Source: an uncultured Bacilli bacterium
GTDB taxonomy: Bacteria > Bacillota_I > Bacilli_A > RF39 > UBA660
Assembly: GCA_934096125.1 (NCBI GenBank)
Contig: CAKOLB010000004.1
Coordinates: forward strand, 55,117-119,116
Reading direction: 5' to 3'
DNA length: 64,000 nt
The notes beneath the pieces were generated by a model. The model ran no database searches, was not told where the DNA came from, and was given only the letters and a program-made list of their open reading frames with translations. Shown in pieces: positions 55,985-64,000 of this stretch (position 1 is its first letter; the number at the start of each line of letters is the position of its first letter). A program made the position numbers and the translations under genes.

Positions 55985-56950
55985 GTGGTAGTATTGGATT
56001 CACTTAATTATGAAGTTTTTAAAAAAATAAAGAAATATTATAATGATAATTGCAAACCTTTAATTTTTGTTGGAGAAAAATTATTATCGCAGAATAACAA
56101 ATGTAAAATGTATTTTTGTGATGTTGATTTAAATCAAGAAAAAGAAAATTATAGAAAAGTTTTTCAAGAATATTTGGCACTTTATGTTAGAAATCATGAT
56201 TTGCTAAAATATTATGATAAGATTATAAAAAGTGAAACAGAAGATGAAATTTCAGAAGCTTTAATTTATTATGGAAATGATTTGTGGAATAATACCGTAT
56301 TGATAACTACAACTACACCAGAGACTTTAGGGATATATGGAGAAGCCATTAATGATTTTTATTTAAATATTGTTAAGAATGAAAATATAATTATCACTTA
56401 TTCAGCAAAAAGGGGGTATGGTGAACGTAATATAAAAGGGGTAGATGTAGTTGCATGTACTTGGAAAAAAGATAATCTTGTACTAATATTTTCTGAGTGT
56501 AAATTTGTCGAATCAATATATAAGGCGTCGTGTGGTTTATATAATGATATAAAGGGAACTCAATATGAATTGGCACATATAAGTAAAGATTATATAAACG
56601 GATATTCTACTTATATTGTTGATAATGCTCATTCAATTTTTGCAGAGAGTAATAATTCAGATAAAATTATAGATGTTTTGGACAAATTGAATAGTAGGAT
56701 AATAAATGGAAACAAGGCGATAGATGTGTTTAATGAATTAAACATAAAAATTCAATTTAATTTCTTTGCAATTTACTGTGATAATAAATTTACACCAGAT
56801 GAAAGACAAATAATGTTTGAAAAAGTATATAATGCTTTTTATGAAAATGTAAAATTAACAGGTATTAAAAATTATGATATGGAAATTGTGTATATACCTA
56901 TTAAAAATACAAGCTCTGTGGTAAAGGAATGTATGAGACAATGGAATTGA
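55985..56950 (+). CDS. HamA-like (DUF1837-type) PD-(D/E)xK nuclease candidate, first gene of a Hachiman-like pair
   Basis: 321 aa, with GVDVVACTWKKDNLVLIFSECKF giving a D...E-x-K arrangement. Overlaps the downstream helicase gene by 22 nt. Confidence 0.5.
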   Translation: MVVLDSLNYEVFKKIKKYYNDNCKPLIFVGEKLLSQNNKCKMYFCDVDLNQEKENYRKVFQEYLALYVRNHDLLKYYDKIIKSETEDEISEALIYYGNDLWNNTVLITTTTPETLGIYGEAINDFYLNIVKNENIIITYSAKRGYGERNIKGVDVVACTWKKDNLVLIFSECKFVESIYKASCGLYNDIKGTQYELAHISKDYINGYSTYIVDNAHSIFAESNNSDKIIDVLDKLNSRIINGNKAIDVFNELNIKIQFNFFAIYCDNKFTPDERQIMFEKVYNAFYENVKLTGIKNYDMEIVYIPIKNTSSVVKECMRQWN

Positions 56951-59322
56951 CACGAAATACAATTGTAAAGAAAATAAATTTATTTTCAATGGAAAGGAAT
57001 AATAAAGAATTAATAAATCTACTATGTGATATTTTAGAAAGTAAAAATTACATGGATAATTATGATCTTATTTTAATTATAATAAATATTGCCGAACTTT
57101 ATGGTTATCAAGAATTTTTTAATAATTTTGATGCAAATAGTATACCTAAATATAACGTGCATGCAATATCTAATGATATTAGAAAAAATCTATATAAAAG
57201 CAAAAAAGGTAATAATATATATTATAATTCTGGACAATTATCTTTATTAAAAGAATTATCACTATATGATAAGCTTTTTATATCAGCTCCCACGTCATTT
57301 GGTAAAACCAGTTTAGTTTTAGAGCATATAGCAATGAATAACTCAATATATAAAACTATTATTTTTTTAGCTCCAACTAATGCATTAGTAGAAGAATTGT
57401 ATCTAAAATTTTTAAAATTAAATAAAGAATGTAATTTAAATTATGATGTAATAACAATGCCAAAAAATAAAAATAATAATACAATATGGATATTAACACC
57501 AGAGAAATTTTTACTTTTGGTTGAAGAAAAAAGTATAGATTTTGATTTGATAGTTATGGATGAGGCTTATAAAATTGAAAATGAAGAATCAATTGATAGA
57601 AAAGATATTTTAAATTCTAGGTCAAGCAAATATAGGAAAGTAATGGAATATATGGCTAATTCTAATTCGAAGATTATATTTTTATCTCCATATACTTATA
57701 ATAAGGCGCCATCTATGACAAGATTCTTAAAAAAATATAGTATCAAGGATATTGACAGGAATATTAATTATGTAAAAAAAGACATAATAGATATTTATGA
57801 TAGCAAAAGTTATAAAAGTAATTTTTCCAATAGTATATTTAGTATTAAAAAAGGTGATTCTGGGATTAAAAAAGCAATGGCAGCTGTTCCCTATTTATCT
57901 GATAATACAATTATATATGTAAAATATCCAAGTGAGGCAATAAAAGTTTTAGAATTAATGCCTAATGAAAAAGCAAGTATAGATAATGAAAGATTTAAAA
58001 AATTTTTGAACCATTTAAAAGAAAATTATTTATTTGAAGACAGCAATTGGTATATTATAGATGCTCTAGAAAAGGGAATTGGCATATATGTATCACCTAT
58101 TCCTCGATATATAAAAAAAGAAATAATATATTTATTTAATAAGGGAATAATAAAAAAACTTATAGTTACAACTGCATTTGCTGAAGGAGTTAATAGTTCA
58201 GCTAAGAACATAATTATAACAAATAGAATAACAGGATCTAATAAAAAACTAACTAATTTGGATATATTGAATTTAAGTGGTAGAGCAGGCAGATTTGGTG
58301 TATATAGCAAAGGAAAAGTTTTTTCTGCAGTTGAAGAAGTAAGTGATATTTTAAGAAAATCATCTGAAAATGGAGTAATTATAAATAATCCTAATTACGA
58401 ATTAGCAAGTGATATTATACCTAGAACTGATTATGAAATCGATATGATAGATGATTATCTATTAAATGAAGAAGAAAAAAATATAAAGGAAACCACAAAA
58501 AAAAGGCAATTAAATTTTAATTTGACCAACGATGATTTAAATATAGCTTTATCAATTGCAAATGAAATAAAAATCGATGTATATTCATATTTTTTTGAAA
58601 CAATTAACAATGGAAAAATTCAAGATATAAGATTTAATAATATTAAAAATTTATTGTCTACAGAGAAAAATGATATTATAAAATCAATTACATTTATTTT
58701 TAACGAATTAAAAAATGCAGATATTCCAATAGTTTCAGATTTTGGTGATATTAATCCATTTAATAGTAAAGGTGATTTTATTTGGGGCATTTTTTACGGA
58801 ATCCACTCTTCAGGAAATATTAGAGATGTTTTGAAATCAAGAAAAGGCTTTATTTTAAAACAGTTAAGTGAAATTGAAAAAATATTAAATTTAAAACTTA
58901 AAAATTTTAATAATAAAGAAATAGAAAAAATATTACGTGAGTACGATAAAAAATGGATATACGATTATTTAACTAAAGGTGAAATTGATGATGCAAAACT
59001 ATATAATGGTGCATTTAAATTTATATCAAACATAATTGAATATAGAATACCATTTTATATTGGATTGTATATATCAGTTTTTAAAATGTTTTGTAGAAAG
59101 AATAATTTAAATTATGATTTTAATTTTGATATTGTTGAAATATCTACATCATTAGAAAATAAAAATATAGAAAAAAAGTATTCTGATATGTTGGAATTTG
59201 GCATACCATTAGATACAATCAAAAAGATAAATAAATTTAAAAATGATAATAATATTTTTGAAATATTAGATGATTATGAAAAAATTATGTTAAGTGAATA
59301 TAATTACTATTTTGATAAATAA
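56929..59322 (+). CDS. HamB-like SF2 (Ski2/Hel308-like) helicase
   Basis: Motif I SAPTSFGKTS, Ia LAPTNALVEE, II VMDEAYK, V TTAFAEGVN, and VI LSGRAGRFG. 797 aa with a long C-terminal domain. Confidence 0.6.
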   Translation: MYETMELTRNTIVKKINLFSMERNNKELINLLCDILESKNYMDNYDLILIIINIAELYGYQEFFNNFDANSIPKYNVHAISNDIRKNLYKSKKGNNIYYNSGQLSLLKELSLYDKLFISAPTSFGKTSLVLEHIAMNNSIYKTIIFLAPTNALVEELYLKFLKLNKECNLNYDVITMPKNKNNNTIWILTPEKFLLLVEEKSIDFDLIVMDEAYKIENEESIDRKDILNSRSSKYRKVMEYMANSNSKIIFLSPYTYNKAPSMTRFLKKYSIKDIDRNINYVKKDIIDIYDSKSYKSNFSNSIFSIKKGDSGIKKAMAAVPYLSDNTIIYVKYPSEAIKVLELMPNEKASIDNERFKKFLNHLKENYLFEDSNWYIIDALEKGIGIYVSPIPRYIKKEIIYLFNKGIIKKLIVTTAFAEGVNSSAKNIIITNRITGSNKKLTNLDILNLSGRAGRFGVYSKGKVFSAVEEVSDILRKSSENGVIINNPNYELASDIIPRTDYEIDMIDDYLLNEEEKNIKETTKKRQLNFNLTNDDLNIALSIANEIKIDVYSYFFETINNGKIQDIRFNNIKNLLSTEKNDIIKSITFIFNELKNADIPIVSDFGDINPFNSKGDFIWGIFYGIHSSGNIRDVLKSRKGFILKQLSEIEKILNLKLKNFNNKEIEKILREYDKKWIYDYLTKGEIDDAKLYNGAFKFISNIIEYRIPFYIGLYISVFKMFCRKNNLNYDFNFDIVEISTSLENKNIEKKYSDMLEFGIPLDTIKKINKFKNDNNIFEILDDYEKIMLSEYNYYFDK

Positions 59323-59333
59323 AATCATGTCCG

Positions 59334-59362
59334 TTGACTGTCCTATAAATTTATGGTAAAAT
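59334..59362 (+). promoter_or_regulatory. near-consensus sigma-A promoter in the hamB-to-59637 intergenic region
   Basis: TTGACT (59334-59339), 17-nt spacer ending in TGG, then TAAAAT (59357-59362). Confidence 0.5.
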
Positions 59363-59636
59363 GGTAATATAGGATAAGTGTAAGAGATGCAAATTTATGA
59401 GAGGATTTTCCCTCTTTTTTTGTGTCTTTAAAAAAAATTATCTTTTTGAAAGAAAGGTAAATTTTATCTAAAATATTCTAAACTGTCGGAGACTATTAGT
59501 GGGTTTTAGGGATATTCCCTAACAAGCTAGATGGGTGTGTATACACCATGCTTGATATATTATATTACACGGGTATGTAACCTCAAAATAGGATTTAATG
59601 GTAATCTGAAATGTGGTATGAAATGAAAGGAGAAAT

Positions 59637-60209
59637 ATGGAATTTAAGTCAATGGAGAAGTGGCGTGTTTTACAGAAGTTTAAAATTAGCGAAAAACAGT
59701 ATAAGAGATTAGTGAAAAGATTAAAAAGAAGACATCCTAATGAAAGATGGATTGATGAACATTTTGCTCAAAATGGTGAAAGAGTAGTATATCTAAAATT
59801 AGAATTTGTAGAATGGATAGAAGAAGTTTATTTAAATAACAATCTATTTTATTTAGATGCTGAAATTGTTTTCTTTAAAAAGCAAATATTAAGACTAGAA
59901 GATGAATTAAATTTTCCTCATAGTGGGTTTGAATATGAAGATATATCTTTAAAAGATTTAAGGGAGTATTTTAATAAGAGTAAAGATGTGATAGGTGTTG
60001 CAATAAATAGAATGGAAAAGAGAAATGATAAATCATTCAAGTATATAAAAGATGCTAAAGTTATGATTAATAAAGAAGGCGTTAAATGGTTAAGTGAAAA
60101 CTATTTCCGTAAAGATTATTTAAAAAAGTTAGAATTTTATAAATTAGAACTTCAAAATGTTAAGAGAAAAAGAAATAGATTAAAAGAATATAGTATTTTC
60201 TATTACTAA
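59637..60209 (+). CDS. hypothetical basic protein (190 aa), element-encoded
   Basis: GGAG RBS before the ATG. K/R-rich N-terminus (KQYKRLVKRLKRRHPNERW) and a K/R-rich C-terminal tail. No family recognised. Confidence 0.5.
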   Translation: MEFKSMEKWRVLQKFKISEKQYKRLVKRLKRRHPNERWIDEHFAQNGERVVYLKLEFVEWIEEVYLNNNLFYLDAEIVFFKKQILRLEDELNFPHSGFEYEDISLKDLREYFNKSKDVIGVAINRMEKRNDKSFKYIKDAKVMINKEGVKWLSENYFRKDYLKKLEFYKLELQNVKRKRNRLKEYSIFYY

Positions 60210-60312
60210 CTAGATTAGTTTGGAATATAACTAATTTTTTTATGTCCTAATTTTGATAATAAAGTCTTATAGTTGTTCTTATTTCATAAAATGAAAGGAG
60301 AGGTGTAGATTA

Positions 60313-60405
60313 GTGAATATAACTGAAACTTTCGATAAAGATAAAAACTTGGTTGAATTAATAGAGGAGTATTTAAAATTGATGTTAGAAAATAGTAAGC
60401 AATAA
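60313..60405 (+). CDS. small ORF (30 aa) immediately upstream of recombinase 2
   Basis: GTG 60313 lies 10 nt after GGAGAGG. Encodes VNITETFDKDKNLVELIEEYLKLMLENSKQ. Same position relative to the recombinase as ORF 48715. Confidence 0.3.
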   Translation: MNITETFDKDKNLVELIEEYLKLMLENSKQ

Positions 60406-60463
60406 GAGTTTGTGATATAATGATATTGCTTATTGAAGTTATACACGTTGGAAGGAGTAGTAA

Positions 60464-62089
60464 GTGTATAACAATGTAATACAAGCACCAAGTTTTTATA
60501 GAGTAGGTATATATATCAGATTATCAGAAAGTGATGAAGATAAAACTTATGAGTCAGAGAGTGAAAGTATAATCAATCAAAGAAATTTATTAATGGATTA
60601 TGTAAAAATGAGTGGATTTACTTTGGTTGATGAGTATGTAGATGATGGATTTACAGGAACTAACTTTGATAGGCCTTCTTTTCAAAGATTATTAAAAGAT
60701 ATTGAAAGTGGTCGAATCAATTGTGTAATCACAAAAGACTTATCAAGATTAGGTAGAGATTATATTCAATGTGGATATTATGTAGAACAATATTTTCCAC
60801 AAAAGAAAATTAGATATATTTCTATACTAGATCAAGTTGATACATTTCTAGAAAGTGCTAATAATGACATTGCTCCATTTAAAGCTTTGTTTAATGATAT
60901 GACTAGTAAGGATACTTCTAAGAAGATTCGTTCAATATTAAAAAATAAAAAAGAACAGGGTAAATTTATTGGAAGCAAACCATGTTATGGATATATGAGA
61001 GATCCACTTGATAAAGGACATTTAATACCCAATCCAGAAGTTGCTCCTGTTGTTAAAAGGATATTTAAAATGGCTCATTCTGGAACTGGAGTAAGTGATA
61101 TAGTATCATACTTAAATGATAATAAGATATTAAGCCCTAGTATGTATAAAAATACTAAATCATCTTCAAGACAAAAAGTGAATGTATGGACAATATCCTC
61201 AGTCAACAAATTACTAAAAAATAGAATGTATACAGGAGATATGGTACAAAATGTTCAAACTAAGTTAAGTTATAAATCTCAGAAGAAAGTTGCTTTAGAA
61301 AAAGAGTTTTGGATAATAGTTGAAAATACTCATGAACCTCTTGTTAGTAAAACAGTATTTGAAGCAATACAAAATGCTCCTGCTAGAGTAAGGACAACCC
61401 ATTGTAATAGAGAAAAAAGATTATTAGAAAATCTTCTTGTTTGCAAAGAATGTGGAAACTCTTTAAGCGTTCTTTATAGAAAAAATAAAAATTATAAGGG
61501 TGGAAAGTATTGGAGTGTTAATTGCAATAAATATGCAAGAGATCCAAGAAGACATTTGTGCTATCCACACTTCTTTCCTTATGATAAACTAGAAGAAAAA
61601 ATAATGAGTGTTATTAAAACTACTTGTCAAAAATATTTAGATAGTTTAAATATCAAAGAATTATCTGAAAGAGTATTACAAGATAGAGCAAAGGAAAAGA
61701 ATGATAGGCAAAAGGAAAAGCAACAATTATTAAATGAGATTGATGAATTAAAAAGAAAATCTGATGCTTTATATGATGACAAATTTAATGGAATAATAAG
61801 TGTTGATACTTATACAAGAATCTCTGCACAAACTGAAAAACAAATATCAGCCTTAAATTATAGAATTTATGAAATAGATAATGAAGAAAATCAGATTAAA
61901 GAAGATACAAAAGAAATAACTAAATATGAAGAACAAATAAAATCACTTTTAAATTTAGATGAACCCAACAGAGAACTCATAAAAACTTTAGTAAAAAAAA
62001 TTTATATAGATAAAGATAGAAATATAGAAATTCAATATAGATTTAAGGTGCTAGATGATATAAAAACTAATTATGAAGAAATAAATTAA
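60464..62089 (+). CDS. large serine recombinase (second, distinct copy)
   Basis: VGIYIRLSESDED catalytic-Ser motif, SIINQ, YVDDGFTG, and LSRLGRD. Zinc ribbon CKECG...C...C. C-terminal coiled coil with LVKKIYID...IEIQYRF. Confidence 0.9.
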   Translation: MYNNVIQAPSFYRVGIYIRLSESDEDKTYESESESIINQRNLLMDYVKMSGFTLVDEYVDDGFTGTNFDRPSFQRLLKDIESGRINCVITKDLSRLGRDYIQCGYYVEQYFPQKKIRYISILDQVDTFLESANNDIAPFKALFNDMTSKDTSKKIRSILKNKKEQGKFIGSKPCYGYMRDPLDKGHLIPNPEVAPVVKRIFKMAHSGTGVSDIVSYLNDNKILSPSMYKNTKSSSRQKVNVWTISSVNKLLKNRMYTGDMVQNVQTKLSYKSQKKVALEKEFWIIVENTHEPLVSKTVFEAIQNAPARVRTTHCNREKRLLENLLVCKECGNSLSVLYRKNKNYKGGKYWSVNCNKYARDPRRHLCYPHFFPYDKLEEKIMSVIKTTCQKYLDSLNIKELSERVLQDRAKEKNDRQKEKQQLLNEIDELKRKSDALYDDKFNGIISVDTYTRISAQTEKQISALNYRIYEIDNEENQIKEDTKEITKYEEQIKSLLNLDEPNRELIKTLVKKIYIDKDRNIEIQYRFKVLDDIKTNYEEIN

Positions 62090-62195
62090 ATAATAAAAAT
62101 AGGGTGGTAAAATTTGGTAATCACACAATCTTACCATCCCCTATACTATTTTTAGAAAAAATAAAAACGCAGTAAAATCAAGAAAAATGATAGCC

Positions 62196-62218
62196 TAATC
62201 ACATAAAATCTTTCCGGA
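62196..62218. repeat. attR of element 2 (P arm TAATCACATA plus core GGA)
   Basis: TAATCACATA at 62196-62205 and GGA at 62216-62218. About 107-129 nt after the recombinase stop. Confidence 0.6.
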
Positions 62219-63133
62219 GGTGGCGATGGTGCAGAAGTAATATATGCTCTTAGAAATAATGATGTATTTGCAAGTAAAATTGCAAGAGAACTAGAGAGTG
62301 CAGGACAAAATATTAGAAAATATTATCAGAGAAGACTTCCAAGTAATCCAGCGAAAGATTATTATTATATAATGCGAGATACTCCTAATAATGAAACTGT
62401 AATTGTAGAGTATGGGTTTGCAGATTCTACTGGTGATGATGTTGAGCAGTTAAAAAATACTTGGGAAAACTTAGCAGAAGCGGTGGTTAAAGCAATTACT
62501 GAGTATGCTGGCGGTACTTATACACTTCCAAATACGGGCAATTATTACATAGTTAAAAGTGGTGATAGTCTATGGAGCATATCCAAAAAAACAGATGTTT
62601 CTATTGCCAAGATTAAGGAACTTAATAATCTTAAGAGTAATTTGTTAAGTATTGGTCAGAAATTAACATTACCACAAACAAGTGAAGATACCCCATCGCT
62701 AGATACATATATTGTTCAAAAAGGCGATAGTTTATATAAAATCGCTAACAAGTTTAATACTACTGTTGATAACTTAAAACTTATTAACAATCTTCAAAGC
62801 AATAATTTAGCTATAGGTCAAAAATTAAAGGTAAGTAGTAGTGAAAACAAATACACAGTGCAAAAAGGTGATACACTATACAGCATTGCCACTAAATTTT
62901 CTGTTAGTGTAGATTCATTAAAAAACGCTAATAATTTAGTTAGTAACACAATTGCCGTTGGTCAATCCTTAATTATCCCAGAACAAAAAACAACTAAAAC
63001 TTATACGGTTCAAAAAGGCGATAATCTTTATAGCATAGCAAGGCGATATAATACGACTGTAAATACAATAATGTCTTTAAATAATCTAGCTTCAACTAAT
63101 TTAACTATCGGTCAAAAGCTACTTGTTCCGTAA
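62219..63133 (+). pseudogene. split Amidase_3-LysM hydrolase gene, segment 3 of 3 (end of the Amidase_3 domain plus four LysM repeats)
   Basis: The frame of ORF 62372..63133 is open upstream to 62216 and reads GGGDGAEVIYALRNNDVFASKIARELESAGQ...YYYIMRDT...VEYGFADS. Four Y-x-V-x-x-GD-(S/T/N)-L-(Y/W)-x-I-(A/S) LysM units follow. Confidence 0.8.
62543..63130 (+). repeat. four tandem LysM domain-coding repeats
   Basis: YYIVKSGDSLWSISKK..., TYIVQKGDSLYKIANK..., KYTVQKGDTLYSIATK..., TYTVQKGDNLYSIARR..., each ending in IGQKL or VGQSL. Confidence 0.85.
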
Positions 63134-63140
63134 ATGTATA

Positions 63141-63170
63141 AAAACCCCGTTTTTCAAAAGCGAGGTTTTT
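63141..63170. terminator. bidirectional hairpin between convergent genes
   Basis: AAAACCCCG-N11-CGAGGTTTTT, an imperfect stem with one mismatch, flanked by A and T runs. Confidence 0.45.
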
Positions 63171-63186
63171 ATATGTAATTTTAAAA

Positions 63187-63867
63187 TTATTTTTTCTTTT
63201 TGGTGTGTTTTAAAAATCCTCTAGTTTTATTTTTAATAATTTTAGTCATATTAGGGAAAGCTTTAATGATTCTTTCATACATAAAAGGATTAATAATAAC
63301 AAGTTTTTTAATAGCTTTGTTGATGTCTTCAGTTGAGTCTTTTCTCAAATTTTTGGTAATACTTTTGATATTAAAAACAACGTTGCAAGTTATAATGATA
63401 TCAAAAAGAAATATGAATAAAATGACAATACTACTAAGTTCTTTTATATTAGGTGGTATTTTGGTTATAGCGTTATAGATAAATGGGTGAATGTAGTTTA
63501 GAAAGATAACTCCCGTTAAGGCAAAAGGAACCATAGTTTCTAAACATATTCTACCATTTATATTAAATTTCATATCGGAGTAATCCCACCATCTAAGTTT
63601 AAATATTTTTTCCATTAAAAAGCTGGTAAGATACTCAACTAATGAACATATAAACATAATTAAAACGAAAAGAACTAAGTAGTTATCTTTGTATTTGTCA
63701 AGCAGCCACACTAAAAGAAGACATCCCGCTCCATAGATTGGACAATATGGACCAATTAGAAAACCTCGATTGATTAATTTTTTTTCTTTAAAAAAAGTAA
63801 AGACTATTTCTATTAACCAACCAAAAAAAGAATATATAATAAATAGTAAAAAGTATGTGTATATCAT
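63187..63867 (-). CDS. polytopic membrane protein (putative ABC-transporter type IV / CmpB-like family)
   Basis: N-terminus FFGWLIEIVF...RGFLIGPYCPIYGAG is typical of that family. About six TM segments. Confidence 0.55.
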   Translation of the reverse strand: MIYTYFLLFIIYSFFGWLIEIVFTFFKEKKLINRGFLIGPYCPIYGAGCLLLVWLLDKYKDNYLVLFVLIMFICSLVEYLTSFLMEKIFKLRWWDYSDMKFNINGRICLETMVPFALTGVIFLNYIHPFIYNAITKIPPNIKELSSIVILFIFLFDIIITCNVVFNIKSITKNLRKDSTEDINKAIKKLVIINPFMYERIIKAFPNMTKIIKNKTRGFLKHTKKKK

Positions 63868-64000
63868 TTTTGTTCTCCCTTACTACTATCTATTATACAT
63901 TAATAACTTTTCTTTGCAAATATTAATGTAGCTTAGTGCATACACCAGCATTAGGATTATAAAAACAATGACTTTTGTACCTTCCCGCTAGGTCTTGATT

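Larger units (their letters stand above)
50807..62218 (+). mobile_element. intervening element 2: 11,412-bp serine-recombinase element carrying a multi-system defence island
   Basis: The amidase frame breaks after GGA 50804-50806 and resumes after GGA 62216-62218. Terminal large serine recombinase, and cargo of R-M, a BglII-fold nuclease and a Hachiman-like pair. Confidence 0.75.

Noticed and set aside
59389-59433. 14-codon hydrophobic micro-ORF (MQIYERIFPLFFVSL) as a type I toxin-like peptide.
   Set aside because: It has no Shine-Dalgarno, is very short, and overlaps the hairpin and T-run. The evidence is insufficient.
1-64000. Search by eye for CRISPR arrays, tRNA/rRNA genes, IS-type terminal inverted repeats and long tandem repeats.
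   Set aside because: None found. The only repeated units are the LysM coding repeats, the TSP3-like coding repeats, the operator pair, and the att arms reported above.

Overview
This is a 64-kb chromosomal window from a low-GC, spore-forming Firmicute. I saw no rRNA, tRNA or CRISPR array. From 1 to about 42,100 it is mostly conserved housekeeping and sporulation genes in Bacillus/Clostridia-like order: mfd-spoVT, dut, metG, tatD, yabE-like, rsmA, yabG, veg, yabP, yabQ, divIC, clpP, gap, murJ/spoVB-like, ftsEX plus an M23 peptidase, gerQ, yvcK-whiA, nrdG, truA-rplM-rpsI, ttcA-like, cwlD, htrA, and a marR plus ABC exporter pair. A few accessory genes sit among them: an Abi_2 gene, a zinc-ribbon/WG-repeat/VWA cluster, and small gene relics. 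The main feature lies at 42,201-63,133. A single Amidase_3 plus 4xLysM cell-wall hydrolase gene is split into three in-frame pieces by two different tandem insertions of 8,333 bp and 11,412 bp. Each insertion ends with its own large serine recombinase, and each has reconstructable att half-sites. Joining the pieces at the short shared cores (ACATGG and GGA) restores one 1,188-nt ORF. Both elements carry defence or mobility cargo. Element 1 has a MobV relaxase, an RloC/PrrC-like zinc-hook ATPase (putative anticodon nuclease) and an XRE switch. Element 2 has a Sau3AI-like nuclease with a C5 methyltransferase, an orphan BglII-fold nuclease, a metallophosphoesterase, and a Hachiman-like DUF1837-type nuclease plus SF2 helicase pair. 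All family assignments come from motif reading by eye; no database search was possible.
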